In this document: positions 44,370-59,850 of the stretch, piece after piece
Numbering within the stretch: the stretch's first letter is position 1
Layout: every line of letters begins with the position of its first letter
From: the human T2T-CHM13v2.0 reference genome, Homo sapiens
Length of the DNA stretch: 64,000 nucleotides
Assembly (NCBI RefSeq): GCF_009914755.1
Contig: NC_060927.1
Direction: 5' to 3' (one strand)
Notes under the pieces: generated by a model
Database searches by the model: none
The model's input: the letters and a program-made list of their open reading frames with translations, nothing else
What the model was told of the DNA's origin: nothing
Program-made: the position numbers and the translations under genes

Positions 44370-45095
44370 CATGAGAAACCTACAGCAAACATACCTAATG
44401 GTAAGAGATAGCATGCTTTCTGTTCTCACTCATAGGTGGGAATTGAACAATGAGAACACTTGGACACAGGGTGGGGAATATCATACACCGGGGCCTGCCG
44501 TGGGGTGGGGAGAGGCGGGAGGGATAGCATTAGGAGATATATCTAATGTAAATGACGAGTTAATGGGTGCAGCACACCAACATGGCACACGTATACATTT
44601 GTAACAAACCTGCGCGTTGTGCACGTGTACCCTAGAACTTAAAGTATAATAAAAAAGTAAATAAATAAAAATAAATAAACAAAAAAATAAAGAGATAGCA
44701 TACTTTCCCCTGAGATCAGTAACAAGATAAAGATATTCTCTTTCACCAACCTATTCAAGGTCCTAGCTAGTGCAGTAAGATAAGAAAAAGAAATAAAAAG
44801 TATACATATTAAAAAGGGACAAGTAAACTGTCTTTACCACAGGTGACATGATTATTACAGTAGAAAACTCCAAAGAATCTTTAAAAAATTATTGGAACTA
44901 CTAAGCAGGTTTAGCAAGGTTGCAGGATATAAGGTCAATATACAAAACTCATTGCTTTCCTACATACCAGCGATGAAAAACTAGAATTTGAAATTAAGAA
45001 ATAATACCATTTACAATACCACCCAAAAAAAGAGGAAGAAAAAGTACTTGGGCATATGTCTAGCAAAATACATATAGGATCTGCATGTAAAACTT
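44370..45095 (+). mobile_element. Old LINE-1 ORF2 (RT region) fragment
   Basis: aaacctacagcaaacat...tcctagctagtgcagtaagataagaaaaagaaataaa...caggtgacatgatt (FADDMI-like)...ttagcaaggttgcaggatataaggtcaatatacaaaa. Confidence 0.8.
44421..44689 (+). mobile_element. L1PA 3' UTR nested in the older L1
   Basis: tgttctcactcataggtgggaattgaacaatgagaacac...ccctagaacttaaagtataataaa; TSD aagagatagcatgctttc 44403-44420 / aagagatagcatactttc 44690-44707. Confidence 0.93.
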
Positions 45096-45476
45096 ACCTT
45101 CAGTAGGGAGGAAAAAAATCCTTCTGTTTTATAAAAATAGGTTAACAGAACAAGGAACAGTATATTCTTCATCTTTGTACAGAATGGGAAATTCTTCCAG
45201 AGGCCAGACTCAAGATTTCAAAATCCTGGGATTAGTAGCCCACCTGGGGCCATCTGGGCTCCTTCTCTCTTCTGCGGTCTTCTTACAGAATAAGGGAACC
45301 AGGGTGTGGCATACTCAGAGTGCCTTAACTCACTTAGGAAAGCTAAGGAGAGAACAAAGAAGGGAGGGGAAAAAAATAGCGTTTTTCATTAAAAGCCTTA
45401 ATACCATCAGATGATAAAAAGAAGTAAGTACAGCCTTTCTCCTGACTCTAAGGACATAATGCTTTTTCATTCTTCC

Positions 45477-45819
45477 TGCAGTTAAGATCACAGATCTAAA
45501 ATCCTTTGAGGATCTTTTTTAATTAAAGAGATCACTTTAGCTTATTGAATGAAGCTGAGAGATGCAGCTCAAGTTTTCCTACTTCCTACCTTCCACACTC
45601 TCAGCAGCACAAAGTTCATCTGCATAAACTATGCACCCTAAATCCAGACAAGGCCTTGCCTTGACTTGTATGATGCTTACTCTGTGTTACTCTGGGCCAG
45701 GCACTTCTCTACTAATGCACTTTACACCTATTAGCTAATTTAATCTCAATACCTCCATGAAGGAGGTGCTATTGTCAGTCCTATCTAGACAGCTGAATAA
45801 ACTAATAGCTAATACATTT
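45477..45819 (+). repeat. Inverted duplication, left arm (unique sequence plus MIR fragment)
   Basis: Reverse complement of 49350-49690, about 90% identical by eye. Confidence 0.95.
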
Positions 45820-46042
45820 TTTAACATTGCAAATTTTCTTTTAGGAGTTTTACTTTGGGCTTGCTTATATGGCCAACAACTTATAACATATGTCAACTAA
45901 AATATCTTATAATAGTCTGACTGCTTCAACATTTCAAGAAGCTATTGTTTGTAAAAAGCAAAGTGTATTGGTGAGGTGGGATCCTGGTGTGGAGGTCAAG
46001 AGGCAGGGAGGGTGACTGAGTTCAGGAGCATGTCTGTAACCC

Positions 46043-46264
46043 CAGTGTTGTGCTGATTAGTGTTCAACAACCAGCTCTTCATTTAAATAAAAGGAGGGGT
46101 GGGGAGAAGAAAAAAACAACAGCATAGGAAGCCCTGATTTGTTGTGGTTGCCAATTTCTGTGTATAAATACTCTCACCATTGCCAATTTTGAAGCTCATG
46201 AAGTTCCTGAAAATTTAAAAATAGGCTTTCAACGAGCCAGTAGGGGCTGGCTCTAGCACACCTG
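46043..46264. mobile_element. MER63-like hAT DNA transposon
   Basis: Terminal inverted repeats cagtgttgtgctg / tagcacacctg; internal gccaatttctgtgtataaatactc. Confidence 0.65.
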
Positions 46265-46385
46265 CAAAGCTCCATGAGGACAGAGTCCATGGCTGTTTTA
46301 TTCAGCCTCACAACTAGCGTAGTGCCTAGCATGTAGTAAGCACTCAGGAAATATTTGTTGAATGACTGAATGAGTGGATTAATGA
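46265..46385 (+). mobile_element. L2 3' end
   Basis: aagctccatgaggacagag...gtgcctagcatgtagtaagcactcaggaaatatttgttgaatga. Confidence 0.75.
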
Positions 46386-47147
46386 GATGCAATCAGGTAA
46401 ATTAAACAGAGGTAAGTGCACTGTCTTCCTTTGGCTATACTATAATCAGAACCTGGTTGCTTCAATGACATCACAGTCTTGATTTATCATGATGGTTATG
46501 ATTTGTGCTACAATTCTGTGGGGGAAAAGGAGTGTTATCTCAACATTGTGCTTTGTTAATCATAATAGGAGTGCTAAGGGAGATAAGACTCTTGAATGTG
46601 TGTTTTCAAAAGCAGGAAAAAAAGAGACATTAGATTTGTTTTTGTTTGATTTAATCAAACAGAATATACTTATAATTTTAAAATGTTATTATTTAAACTC
46701 CTATAAGGAAAAAAATCGTTCTGTTATATGTATCTGAGACTCTAGCCTCTAACCCCTTGAAACAATAATTGAGACAATTATTTTGATAACCAAATATTCT
46801 TAGGAACTCAATTGTTTCACTGGAGCCAAACAGACAGGGGACTAGCTCTCTACTGCCCCCAGACAGTTTTCTCTGCTCCTGGAAATGATTTTCTTGCAGC
46901 ACACATTGGACAAAATGTTAGAAGGGAATTAGTTATCCACACGTGTAAATAAATTAATTTATTTCAATCTAACACCAGTTGTATGCTCAAATTTCAGAAC
47001 CTTTAAGAGATGCATGCAGACATTCTAGAAAATACCATTAAGCTTTTAAATAGCAAATGAACAAAAGTAGCAGAGCCCTGATATAACCTAAATTGAGATT
47101 CAGCTCAAACTGAAGTATCTAAGCAAATGGAATAGTGGCTCCCAATG

Positions 47148-47339
47148 TAGGGTTGCCAGATAAAATACAGGATGTCCAGTTAAACTTGAATTTCAAGTAA
47201 ATAATGAATAATTATTTAGCATAAATGTTTCCCAAGCACAGCTCCCAATATTGCATGGGACATACTTGTACTAAAAATGTATTTGCTGTTTATCTGAAGT
47301 AAACATACGTATTTTAATTTGTGAAATCTGGCGACCCTA
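47148..47339. mobile_element. MER53-like hAT DNA transposon
   Basis: TIRs tagggttgccagat / atctggcgacccta. Confidence 0.8.
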
Positions 47340-47379
47340 TCCAAACAACATATTTGCTTGAAATGGTTTAAAGAGGAGT

Positions 47380-48860
<1,481 letters not shown>

Positions 48861-49349
48861 GTGATTATCCTGATACTGACGTCACTCAAAAGTAGGAGGG
48901 CTTAATTTTTTGATTGAGGTTAAAATCCTTTTCGAAACTCCGTAATCCTTCTCCTTATCCCACTGTGATGAACTAATGCTCCCAGTGTTGTTTTTACTCT
49001 GCAGAAAAAAGGTATAGAGATAACAGAGTTCCAAGACCTGATTCAACTATACTCAGGCTGTAACTATTACAAACCCTTAAAATTCCTCATCAAACCTTAG
49101 CCTAGGTTATCAGCAACAGCAAAAATAAATAATTATCGAGCACTGGCTGTAACTAAGGCATTGTGCTAGCTTCTTTGCTTCAGAAAAACCTATCAGCCCT
49201 TGCACTGACAGGCTTACAAGAAAGGCATTGTGTATAAATTAGAAAGATAAAAGTTTCCATGAATGGTATAGACAAAAAAAACTGGAAGAAAATGTTATCA
49301 CCATAATTTGTGTTGGAGGATTTATTAGCTATTATTTATAATTTATTAT

Positions 49350-49690
49350 AAATTTTATTAGCTATTAATTATTTGCTATTAAGATAGGACTAACAATAGC
49401 ACCTCCTTTATGGAGTTGTTGAGATTAAATTAGCTAATAGGTGTAAAGTTCATTAGTGGAGAAGTGCCTGGGTCAGAGTAACACAGAGTAAGCATCATAC
49501 AAGTCAAGACGAGGACTTGTCTGGATTTAGGGTGCTAGTTTATGCGGATGAACTTTGTGCTGCTGATAGTGTGGAAGGTAGGAAGTAGGAAAACTTGAGC
49601 TGCATCTCTCAGCTTCATTCAATAGGCTAAAATGATCTCTCTAATTAAAAAATCTCCTCAAAGGATTTTAGATCTGGGATCTTCACTGCA
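49350..49690 (-). repeat. Inverted duplication, right arm
   Basis: Reverse complement of 45477-45819. Confidence 0.95.
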
Positions 49691-49907
49691 CAACACACTC
49701 TGTGTAGCTTCAATATGGAACTTAAAGGATGAGAACTCCAAGCAAGAAGAGGAGTCCAGAAGACATTTCAAACAAGGAAACATGATGAAGAAGGGCACAG
49801 AAGTGGGAAAATGTGTACCATATTCAGACCAATGAGCAAACGCTGTCCTCCCCACAATATGTATGAAGGGAATGAGAGGAGAAAAAATTAAAACGTGAGT
49901 TAAAACC

Positions 49908-50120
49908 TGTGGCAGAGACTGCTGGTTCTTTGCCCCAGAATACATTATTCTCCTCCTTTTTAAAAATAGAATACTGATTTTTTGGCTAGATACAGGTAGA
50001 ATAAAAGAGCACATTTTCTCAGCCTCCCTTGCAGCTAGAGGTAGCCAAGTGACCGGGTTCTGGCCAATGAAATGTGAGAGGAAAAGCTCTGTGAGACTCT
50101 GGTAGTCTCCTTAAAGGGAA
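49908..50120 (+). mobile_element. Old MaLR-type LTR fragment (MLT1-like)
   Basis: tgtggcaga...cagcctcccttgcagctagaggtagccaagtgacc...ttctggccaatgaaatgtgag. Confidence 0.6.
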
Positions 50121-52209
50121 AAGGAATGTAGCAAAATATAAACAAGCAAACAGAGCCAAAAGTCTGTAAGGAAGAGTTTTGGTAGAGACACCTAGAGCAA
50201 GATATGGGAAGATGAAGAACAGACTCTGCCTCTGCTCAGCCCAAAATGCCAGCTGTGAGCCTGTGGAAAACAGGGCTTCAATTAGAAGACAAAAGGGTTG
50301 CTTTCATGAGGATTTTGTGATACATTGGAGCACGGATGGCGTGTTTTTTTGTTTTGTTTTGTTTTTTGTTTTCTTTAATGACCGAGTAACAAAGGGCAAC
50401 ATACTGAGGAAGGTGCGTTTTCTCCTAATTACTCCATGAGGCAATGTGGTTCTAGAGGAGTGAAAGCTAAATGTGCTGCCATTTTGGCACCTCACAGGTT
50501 TGCAACTTTGGAATGTTCTAGAAAAATATCAACAACGGTCTCATGAAGATTGGCAGAGAACAAGGAGACACTCTTACATGGTAGAACCCGTTATGAGCTC
50601 ATAAAAGCCCCCACAAAATAACAGAGAAGAAACTGAGTGATACCAGAAGTAACTGAGAGAGACTTGGAACAGAGGGTCTGAAGACTTGTGTTATGGAGGA
50701 AAATATAAAATCAGCCACTGAAATGTGACTTATTGCTATTAATGTCAACTTGTTTTCTCACAGATTATTGGGGTACAGTGACCACCTGCTACATAAGTGT
50801 CAGTATTCCTTAGACGAGAGCCCCCACTAAAGCAACAAAGCAAAAACAGCCAGAAGGATAAGCCAGGACCTGAGATTGCCTTCCTGGGCATGAGAGAGTG
50901 ATTGGTCAGTGATGGTGACTCATCAAAGTGAAAATGACGAGTAGTGGTGACCCCAAAACAGAAGGCAGCTACGTTGTAAGGAAAGAGCCCTGGACGGCTT
51001 TGGAAAATCCAGACCCCTGGGAAGAGGATAGCTAAATGTCAGGAGCCTCAGAGGGGTTTTTGGCACCTAAGAGAAGATGAAAATGTACCTTCACCTTGAC
51101 CAGTAGTGGTCATCTCTCCACACAAATTGATTTAACACGCTCCATATTCTCTAGAGCAGGAATAACTTGAGATTCCCAGAGCCATACTCAAACTGCATGC
51201 AAGTCTGAAACACATTTTCCCCATAACCCTCAGGGCAGAGAGGATCAATGGGCCCACCTGCTTTTTCTACTACTTTGTTATCACATCTGATAAAACCTTG
51301 AGGGCTCCTGACTGCCCAGTCACCTCCAGGAGAGACTGCAACTTGAGCTCAGAGGACTGAGAGTCACTTCTTATTTGCCATTAATTTGTATTTGTTTAGT
51401 GTGCCAGTCATGGTAATCATCTTAAGTTCAAGGTTTTTGCTTGTGGTTAGAAAGGAAAGCTATCGTTAAGGATGTGGTCATTCTAAATTAAATCTTTAAT
51501 TCTTTTTTTGAAGTCTGGTGTTATACAGTTACCTGTCACTCAAGGAAAGGGGGAATGGGAAAAGGAAATGAACAAGGGGGAGGGAGGGAGAAAAGGAAAA
51601 GTATTAGTGGGAAAGCCATATGTGATTGTACCTGGAGCTATAGAGAACTTTCTCTCAAAGTACCACAGACTGAATTGTATATGACTCTGTAAGTTTCGAC
51701 ATTTTGCACACAAGTGTGAATATGCTGCGTAGTAATATTCTTACATTCATAGTATTCTTATATTTTATATGAACTTTTGTGGGGCTAAAAGTATTTCACA
51801 TTTCAAAGAAGACTTTTCTGGCATTCTGTTCAATTTAGTTAAAATACTCAGCTAACCATTTCAAACTTCCACAAAAGAAATTCAATATGCAAAAACATAT
51901 TTGATTTTCACTATTTACATTGGCTCTGACTGTGTGTACCACTAGGGTGGGGGAATGGGAGGAAGCAGGATTTCCACAGTTGGCTCTTTATAAGGTTCTG
52001 GTGAACCAGACCAGATTAAACATTAAATCACCTTTGATCATTCTCACCCTAACGTTTTCCACATTCAAACAGAACCTTCAGCTAACCAAAGAAATCTACA
52101 TATTTTTTGTGCTTTGATGACATCTAAGCATATGTGTAACTAATCATTTACTACTGATTCTCAAAAAATCTTTTAGGCCACATCTAGGTATCTAAACAAC
52201 TGGAGTTTT

Positions 52210-53435
52210 CTTTATTTTTTTTTAATTTTGTGGGTACATAGTAGGTGTATATATTTATGGTGTACATGAGATGTTCTGGTACAGGCATACAATGTGAAAT
52301 AAGCACATCATGGGGAATGGGGTCTCCATCCTCTCAAGCGTTTATCCTTTAAGTTACAAACAATCAAATTACATTCTTCATTTCAAAATATACAGGTAAG
52401 CTATTATTGACTATAGTCACCCTATTGTACTATTAAAAAGTAGGTTTTATTTATTCTTTCTCATTTTCGTGCCCATTAACCATCCCAGCATATCCCCCAA
52501 ACTCCCCACTACCCTTCCCAGCCTCTAGTAACCATCCTTCTACTCTCTATCTCCATGAGTTCAATTGATTTGATTTTTAAATCCCACAAATAAATGAGAA
52601 TGCATGTTATTTGTCTTTCTGTGCCTGACTTATTTCACTTAACAAAATGATCTCCAGTTCCATCCATGTTGTTGCGAATGACTGGATCTTATTCTTTTTT
52701 ATAGCTAAATGGTAGTTTATCATGTATATGTACCACATTTTCTTTATTTATTCATCTGTTGATGGATACAAGTTGCTTCCAAATCTTAGCTGTTGTCAAC
52801 AGTGCTGCAACAAACATGGGAATGCAGATACCTCTTCAATAGACTAATTTCCTTTCTTTTGGGTATATACCCAGCAGTGGGCTTGCTGAATCATATGGCA
52901 GCTCAATTTTTAGGTTTTTGAGAAACCTCCAAACTGTTCTCTATAGTGGTTGTACTAATTTACATTCCCACCAACAGTGTACGAGGATTCCCTTTTCTCC
53001 ACATCCTTGCCAGCTTTTGTTTTTGCATGTCCTTTGGATATAAGCTATTTTAACTGGGGTAAGATGGTATCGCATTGTAGTTATGATTTGCATTTCTCTG
53101 ATGATCAGTGATGTTGAGCACCTTTTCATATGCCCCTTTGCTATTTGTATGTCTTATTTTGAGAAATGTCTCTTCAAATCTTCTGCCCATTTTTTGATCA
53201 GATTATTGGATTTTTTCCTATAGAGTTGTCTGAGCTCCTTATATATTCTGGTTATTAATCCCTTGTCAGAGGGGTAGTTTGCAAATATTTCCTCCTATTC
53301 TATGATTCGTCTCTTCACTTTGTTGATTGTATCCTTTACTGTGCAGAAGCTTCTTAACTTGATGCGATCCCATTTGTCCATGTTTTCTTTGGTTGCCTCT
53401 GCTTGTGGGGTATTGCTCAAGAAGTCTTTGCCCAG
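52210..53435 (-). mobile_element. 5'-truncated LINE-1 (L1PB/L1MA-like)
   Basis: Minus ORF 52941-53129 [15 protein letters not shown]...[12 protein letters not shown] is ORF2p; flanked by ctggagtt. Confidence 0.9.
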
Positions 53436-53569
53436 ACCTGGAGTTATTCATGTGACTAAATCCACTACATCCTGGTAATTGGCACAGCCTAGAAGTAGCA
53501 CACCACATTAACTATCTGGTCTGATCTATTATATGGTCATTTGGACTATTTATTCCCTCACTTGGTCAA

Positions 53570-54580
53570 AAACCATTTATTGAGCATGTTCTATGTGCTC
53601 AGCCTTCAAGTGGATGCTTAGGTTACAGATGTGAATAATAGAAATATGGTTCTCACCCTCTTTGTGCTTAAAATCTGGTTGAGAAAAGATGCTAACAGCT
53701 AATCTTTATGGAGCACTTATTCTATGGCAACAACTGTGTTATGCACTTATGCATTTTATATCAGTTCATTCTCACAATAACTCCAAGAGGTAAGAACCGT
53801 TATTTGAACTGGAGCTTGAGGGATAAAAAGACTTTCCATAGGCAAAGAATGAAAAGAATCAACCCTGGAAGTTGATAAAACAGCATAACAAGTACAAGAA
53901 GATAAAGATAGCTGGCAGATTTGGAGTGAGTATACCATAAGGTTCATGGAGGGAGAAAGAGTTGAGAAGTAAATCTGGAGCCTTATCTCCCAAGCTATGG
54001 GGGTTTGGAAATTTATTCCAATGAAATAAGCACAGATAGTATTTGATACCTCTTCCTGCTTTTATTTGGCCTAGTGAAGATTGTGGACCAAAATTTCAGT
54101 GCAAGAACATGGCAGAAGTCATAGAGTGGAATTCAGCTTGAGAAAAACTAGGCTGGTTCTCCCAGATGTCTTGATGATGAAAACAAGCTACAGTTACATC
54201 TCCATTCAACAAGCACCTATCAAGTGCCAAGCACTGAGCCAAGCTGTAGAGATGCAAAAATAAACAGGTGGAACACATTCCTTGTGCATGAAAGTTAATA
54301 GTCTAGCAGAAAAGAGGTTATTAAACAAGCAATTACAACTTAGTTATGCTGGTATTTTGGTCTGGGAAGCATGAAGTGCAGTGGGCAAAGTGAGCAGAGC
54401 ATGTGTCTTAGCATGTTGGAGCCCAGGCCCAGGCCCCCTGGAGGAAATGACTCAGGCCCAAATCATAAGTAGAATTTAGCCAGTTAAAGTGGGGAAAAGA
54501 AGGCATAGCATGTGCAAAGACACAGAGGCTTGCAGAACTGGGAGAAGCCAGGTGTGGCTTGAGTGTGAAGGCAGAAGAGT
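53570..54580 (-). mobile_element. Cluster of L2 and MIR fragments
   Basis: catttattgagcatgttctatgtgc; atggagcacttattctatgg; cattcaacaagcacctatcaagtgccaagcactgagc. Confidence 0.55.
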
Positions 54581-57500
54581 TGGTTTTATTTATCATCTTG
54601 TGCACTTTGTGTTTCTTTCTCTTTTTTTAACCGAGTTTCTCCCCCAGTAGTCTAGGAAATAAATGGAGGACTGGAAGATAAGAAGGTATGGAATGTTTAA
54701 AAGGAAAAATCCAAGTGGAAATAAAAGGAAGAAAACAAGGCAAGAAAAAGAAGGAAATGAGGAGAGAAGATAGAGCAAGAAAGGGGAACGGGGCAAGGGC
54801 AAAGTGGGGGCAACACAAGTCAGGAAGAGGGGTGATGATATAACTGCAGTTATCCCTAAACCACAGGGACCAGGTGGAGATTAAAATGCTCTGAGAACAC
54901 TAAAACCCAGAAGCGTTTTTGAGAGAGTTCTTAAAATAAAAATCAGAAGGAAGAAAACAATTATTGAGCATCTACAGTATGCAATAGGTATTTTCACATA
55001 TGGTATCTCATTTAATCTTCACAAAAGCCCTGCTTGATGAATATTATTGTGTTACCTAGGAGAAAACTAAGCCTTTGAAAGACTAAATTGAGTGGCCAAG
55101 TTTACACCGTTGGTAAATGATGGAGCTGACATTTATATCCGGGTCTACTTGAAAATCTCTGCCATTTTAAGACAACAAGAGAACACAGGCACTGAAAGGG
55201 GAAAACACCAAACAACCTTCACGTTTCTCGCCATTTTGTTCAAGCCTTCCTTTGACCCTGAGAGAGGAGTCATCTGCCTTCTAACATGAATAAAATGCAT
55301 AGAAATTACACAACTCAAATTTATAAATCTCTTTAATCTACTCCTGGCTGCACATATTATCCATGATCAGTGATCATAAGGAAACAAGGAAAAAATGGGC
55401 ACATGAACTCTGATACTGACCTACAACCTCAGATTCAGTGACTTCTGTTTTTTACTATCGCAAGCAAACAATGTGACATTAGCCTCTTTGCAGTTATGCC
55501 CTTGCACACTTACGTAGTTCTGTAAGTTAGATGTCTAGAACTGGAATTACCAGATCAAAATAGTTATACTTTATTTTGGTCTACCAAATTTTCTGCCAAG
55601 CTGCCTCCAAAACATCTAAACTTTTTACTTTTATGGCCAGGACCAAAAATTTTGGTAAACCCACCACCGTAGATGTGGAGTTTCATATTGTTACAAAATC
55701 ATGTTTCATATTTCATATTTAAAAAATTATATTTTACAAAATATTTTCTTAAAAAAAACAATATTTTTTCAGAAAAATTTGGGATTTTATTACAACTAAA
55801 TGGAAAGCTTAAGTATTTTGAAACACACTACCTGACATGGATTCCATCAGAACCTCAGAGCCAGCAGCGGACATAGAAGGCCAGAGCTGGAGGCCCAAGC
55901 AGGCTCCCAAAGCCAGGAAAAAAACAGGGAGTTCACAAATGGGAACAAGATCAGAAGTGGCAATGCCAGTGGCAACCATCAGGCACTTTAACCTGAAATC
56001 TTGATACATAGAAGAAAGGGGTGGTGAGGTTAGTAAAGGTCCACGTCAGTTTATTTATTATTCTGTCAACAAGTATCTGTTGAGCAATGACTATGTGCCA
56101 GGTACTGCACTAGGCTTGAGAAAACAAAAATAAATAAATGTTCTTCCCTAACTATAGAGTTGCTCACAATCTCATGAGGACACTCTCCCTTGTTTTCTGG
56201 AACTCCCTGCCTCCAGCATTTGTTCTGAGCCCTCATTCCACCCCTAGCTTCCTTGCTTCTCTCCACAATTCACACGCCTTACAGTCTGGCCCAACACCAG
56301 GTTGGCAAGGCCTGGCCAGGATGGGAGGAGATATGCGGTGAACTACAGGATACATTTTAGCCCTGTAGCCAGGGCTCTAGCCAGGCCAATGGAAAGCCAT
56401 CTACCTTTGCCTCTTATCCAGCCATGAGTCAGTCTTACCTATATTTTTTTGTTCATTTAATATGTTGAACAGTTAAATACTCCCTGCTGCTCTGAGTGGA
56501 TTAAGACAGCCAATTTGGAATGGCCATTCATATTCAGGTTTAAAAACTGGAGGGAGTGAGTTTGATGTTTGTCTCCATGGAGAGAGCTCTGCAGCAGAAG
56601 GGACACGATCACTTATTGCATGTAACAGGTAATCTAAATCAGCCTCTGAGGCAGATCTCACAGGGTGACACCTCTAGCTTGTCAGAACACCTCCCGGCAG
56701 GATCACATGGCCAGTTTACAAAAGAGGGGAAAGAATATTTTTTAGATTCTTACACTGAACTCGTAGATTCATTCAAATCCATCTCATATTCTAAGGGTAA
56801 CCTCAGTCTATGCACAAGATTAGAGTTCAAGGCAGGCTAAGATCTCAGCGCAGAGTTAAAGTGTTTGGCGTGCTCCTCCTACAACCCTCCTTGAAGTGCT
56901 TCAGAGAGGGCGGAACTAGGAAGTGGAAAGTCTAGATTCTCTTCTTTGCTCTGATGCTTGATGTGTGGTTTCAGAGACTCCGCATCAAAAATGAGACAAT
57001 CCACAGCCACCTGGACCTTACAGGACTGCCATAACAACCAAATAAGATGATGCATGAGAAAGTGTTTCTAACTGCAAAGTGCATTGATATATGAGAGGTG
57101 GTGCTGGTGGTGGTGGTGGTGGTGGTGACAATGATGAAGAAGGAAGACATGGCCCAAGTCCACCACCTGGATAATGTTGGTCAGCAAATTATTTTGTCAC
57201 TGTAAGTGCATTACCTCTCAACTCTAAAGTTTATTTCATTAACTGTTCTAAGTGCCAGTATTAGACTTAGAAACGAAAGAGTAACCCAAACACAGTGTAT
57301 CCTTTCTTGGGTTCAGATAGCAACATTCTGAGGAGCTAAGAGTTACCAATGAGGTCACCGGGCCCAGTATATGTGCCTATAGATATGCAAAAATAAAATT
57401 ATGAAAGCTTCAAGTGGGAGAATCCCAAGGCCACACAGGTTGCTTAATATTTGTGCTAAACGGCTTCAATCCCCAGGGAGTGGCAAGATGAAAAACAACT

Positions 57501-57971
57501 GCATACTCTTGCTAGAGACCCAGGTGCCAGGCTGTGTTTTCAGTTCGTGTGAGTGCCCTTTATCGGGCAGTGGAATGGGTTGACCTAGTGAGACCCTAGA
57601 AAATGGCCCTCCTTAATGGAGCTCTCATTGTAGACATCTGCAGGCTTTTTTTTTTTCTAATTGAAAAAGCTAAACCCTTTCTGCTCAATCTTATGATTTC
57701 CACAGTTGGCTTTAAGAAACTGCAAATAAAACCCAGAGGCCTCCTTAAGCTAAGACTTTTAGAATTGGCTTGCTTTTCCAAAACCAGTGGGGGAATAGAA
57801 ACGGTGAGAGAGAGACTGGGTTGTGAGTGGATGGGACCGCAGATATAATTCCCTTGAATAAAATTATCACATAATGAGACGGATGCAAGACCAGAGATTG
57901 TATAAGACATGAAAGACATGATTCCAAATCAAAGCACTTTATTTGTCAAAGCAACTAAAATAGTTGTTTAA

Positions 57972-58010
57972 AACACACACACGCACACATGCGCACGCAC
58001 GCACACACAC
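57972..58010. repeat. (CA)n/(CG) mixed microsatellite
   Basis: acacacacacgcacacatgcgcacgcacgcacacacac. Confidence 0.9.
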
Positions 58011-58829
58011 TGTTTTCTAAAGCGTGATATTTTCTGCCTGAGCCTTTTCTTCTCACTTGGCAGCCCTGTTGTGTACACGATCTCTACAGGAATGCAGAAA
58101 AACCACCTGAGGGAGAAAATTACTAATCACTAAAAATTACTAATCACTCTCTAACACTAAACAAATCCCACCGGGAGGTTTTTAGTTACACACCAGGATA
58201 TGGGCTCTCTCTTTTTTTTTTTTTTTCCTTCTCAGGTTAATGATACAAAGGCATACAAAATTTTAAAAAGGAAGCATGTCACATCTTAATATGCATTAGC
58301 AGGGATATTTTTACATGATAGCATCTAGGTCTCAGTCCAAAATAAAGGCAAAGTAGACTGAAAGTCTCTAATGCCTACCACTGGGTCTCTCAGAAAGAAA
58401 AGAGCCTGGAGGGAGTCGTACTTCCCACAGCATTGAATACAGCGCCTATCATTCCCCCGACTGTCACCCGTCACTCTCTCTAACATTCATCAACCTCCTT
58501 TTCCCATGATATTCAATTCACAAAGCCCATCAAGTGCCTATCATATATTATTTCATTAAATAGATTAGTGTGTTATTTATGGCAGGCCTCATCAAGTTAT
58601 ATCATATCTTCACATTGTTTATCTCTTACTTGTTTATCTTTTACTGTTTCTTTCATCCACTGTAAATAGTCTAGGCCCGTGTCCCTACTTAGTTGATCAG
58701 AGGTTGAGTGTTTCCCATTCAATGGTCATATTACAAATGAGAGAAATTAGTAGAAGCAATAGAATTAAGAGTTTCATTGTAATGCCTCTTGGATTTTTCT
58801 TCTTCTTTATTATTATTATTTTCACTGAT

Positions 58830-59850
58830 GATGCAACATAATACCATTCACTATTAAAAATATGTTTAAGCAAGTGAAAAGCCCCCAAGTACAAAGTGAA
58901 TGTTCTTCCCCACTAACTTCTTCTACCAGAAACCATTGTATACAAACACATTCTTTATGTGTCTAAGTATAGATAGATATATACATAAACATGTCCATCT
59001 AAGTGTAATAATGCAAAACATACAATTCTGTAATTTTATTTTCACTTAACAGTGTATCACAGCTGCCTTTCCATATGAAAAATATGGAGCTACAATCTCC
59101 TTTTGAACAGCCACTGAGTATTTATTCCATTTGGAGTTATATCATAATTAATTTAAATAATTTCCTATTTGTGGACATGTATCTTATTCCCCATTTTTCA
59201 CCTTATCAATAAATCTTAGAAAAACAGGCCAGGTGCAGTGGCTTATGCCCATAATCCAAGCACTTTGGTAGGCCAAGGCAGGTAGATTACTTGAGGTCAG
59301 GAGTTTGAGACCAGCCTGGCCAACATGGTGAAACCCCATCTCTACTAAAAATACAAAAATTAGCCAGGTGTGGTGGTGCATGCCTGTAATCCAAGCTGCT
59401 CAGGAGGCTGAGGCAGGAGAATCACTTGAGCCCAGGAGGTGGAGGTTGCTGTGAGCCAAGATCACGCCACACTGCACTCCAGCCTGGGCAACAAAGTGAG
59501 ACTCTGTCTCAAAAGAAGAAGAAGAAGGAGAAGGAGAAGGGGAAGAAAAAAAAACTAATAAATATGTCTTTGAATACCTTTCTAATTTTCTCCTAAAAAT
59601 AACTTTCTGGAAAAGAGATCACCTCATCAAAAGACATGAACACAGTTTAAATTTTGAAATGTATTGACAATACACCTTGCAGAAAAGTTAATCCAATGCA
59701 CCCACATTCTCACAAACACTACATATGATCAATATTTTTTGTCTCTGACAATCTGATAGATACTTATTAGATATAATGCCATTATTTTTTCAGGTGAATT
59801 TCCTTGATTGTTAGTAAAATGAAATATTTTCAGACAACTATTTCATTAAT
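58830..59850 (-). mobile_element. Ancient LINE-1 (L1ME-like) antisense fragment interrupted by an Alu
   Basis: ttttattttcacttaacagtgtatc...tttcctatttgtggacatg...cccacattctcacaaacact. Confidence 0.55.
59227..59554 (+). mobile_element. Alu
   Basis: Full dimer with (gaa)/(gga) tail. Confidence 0.96.
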
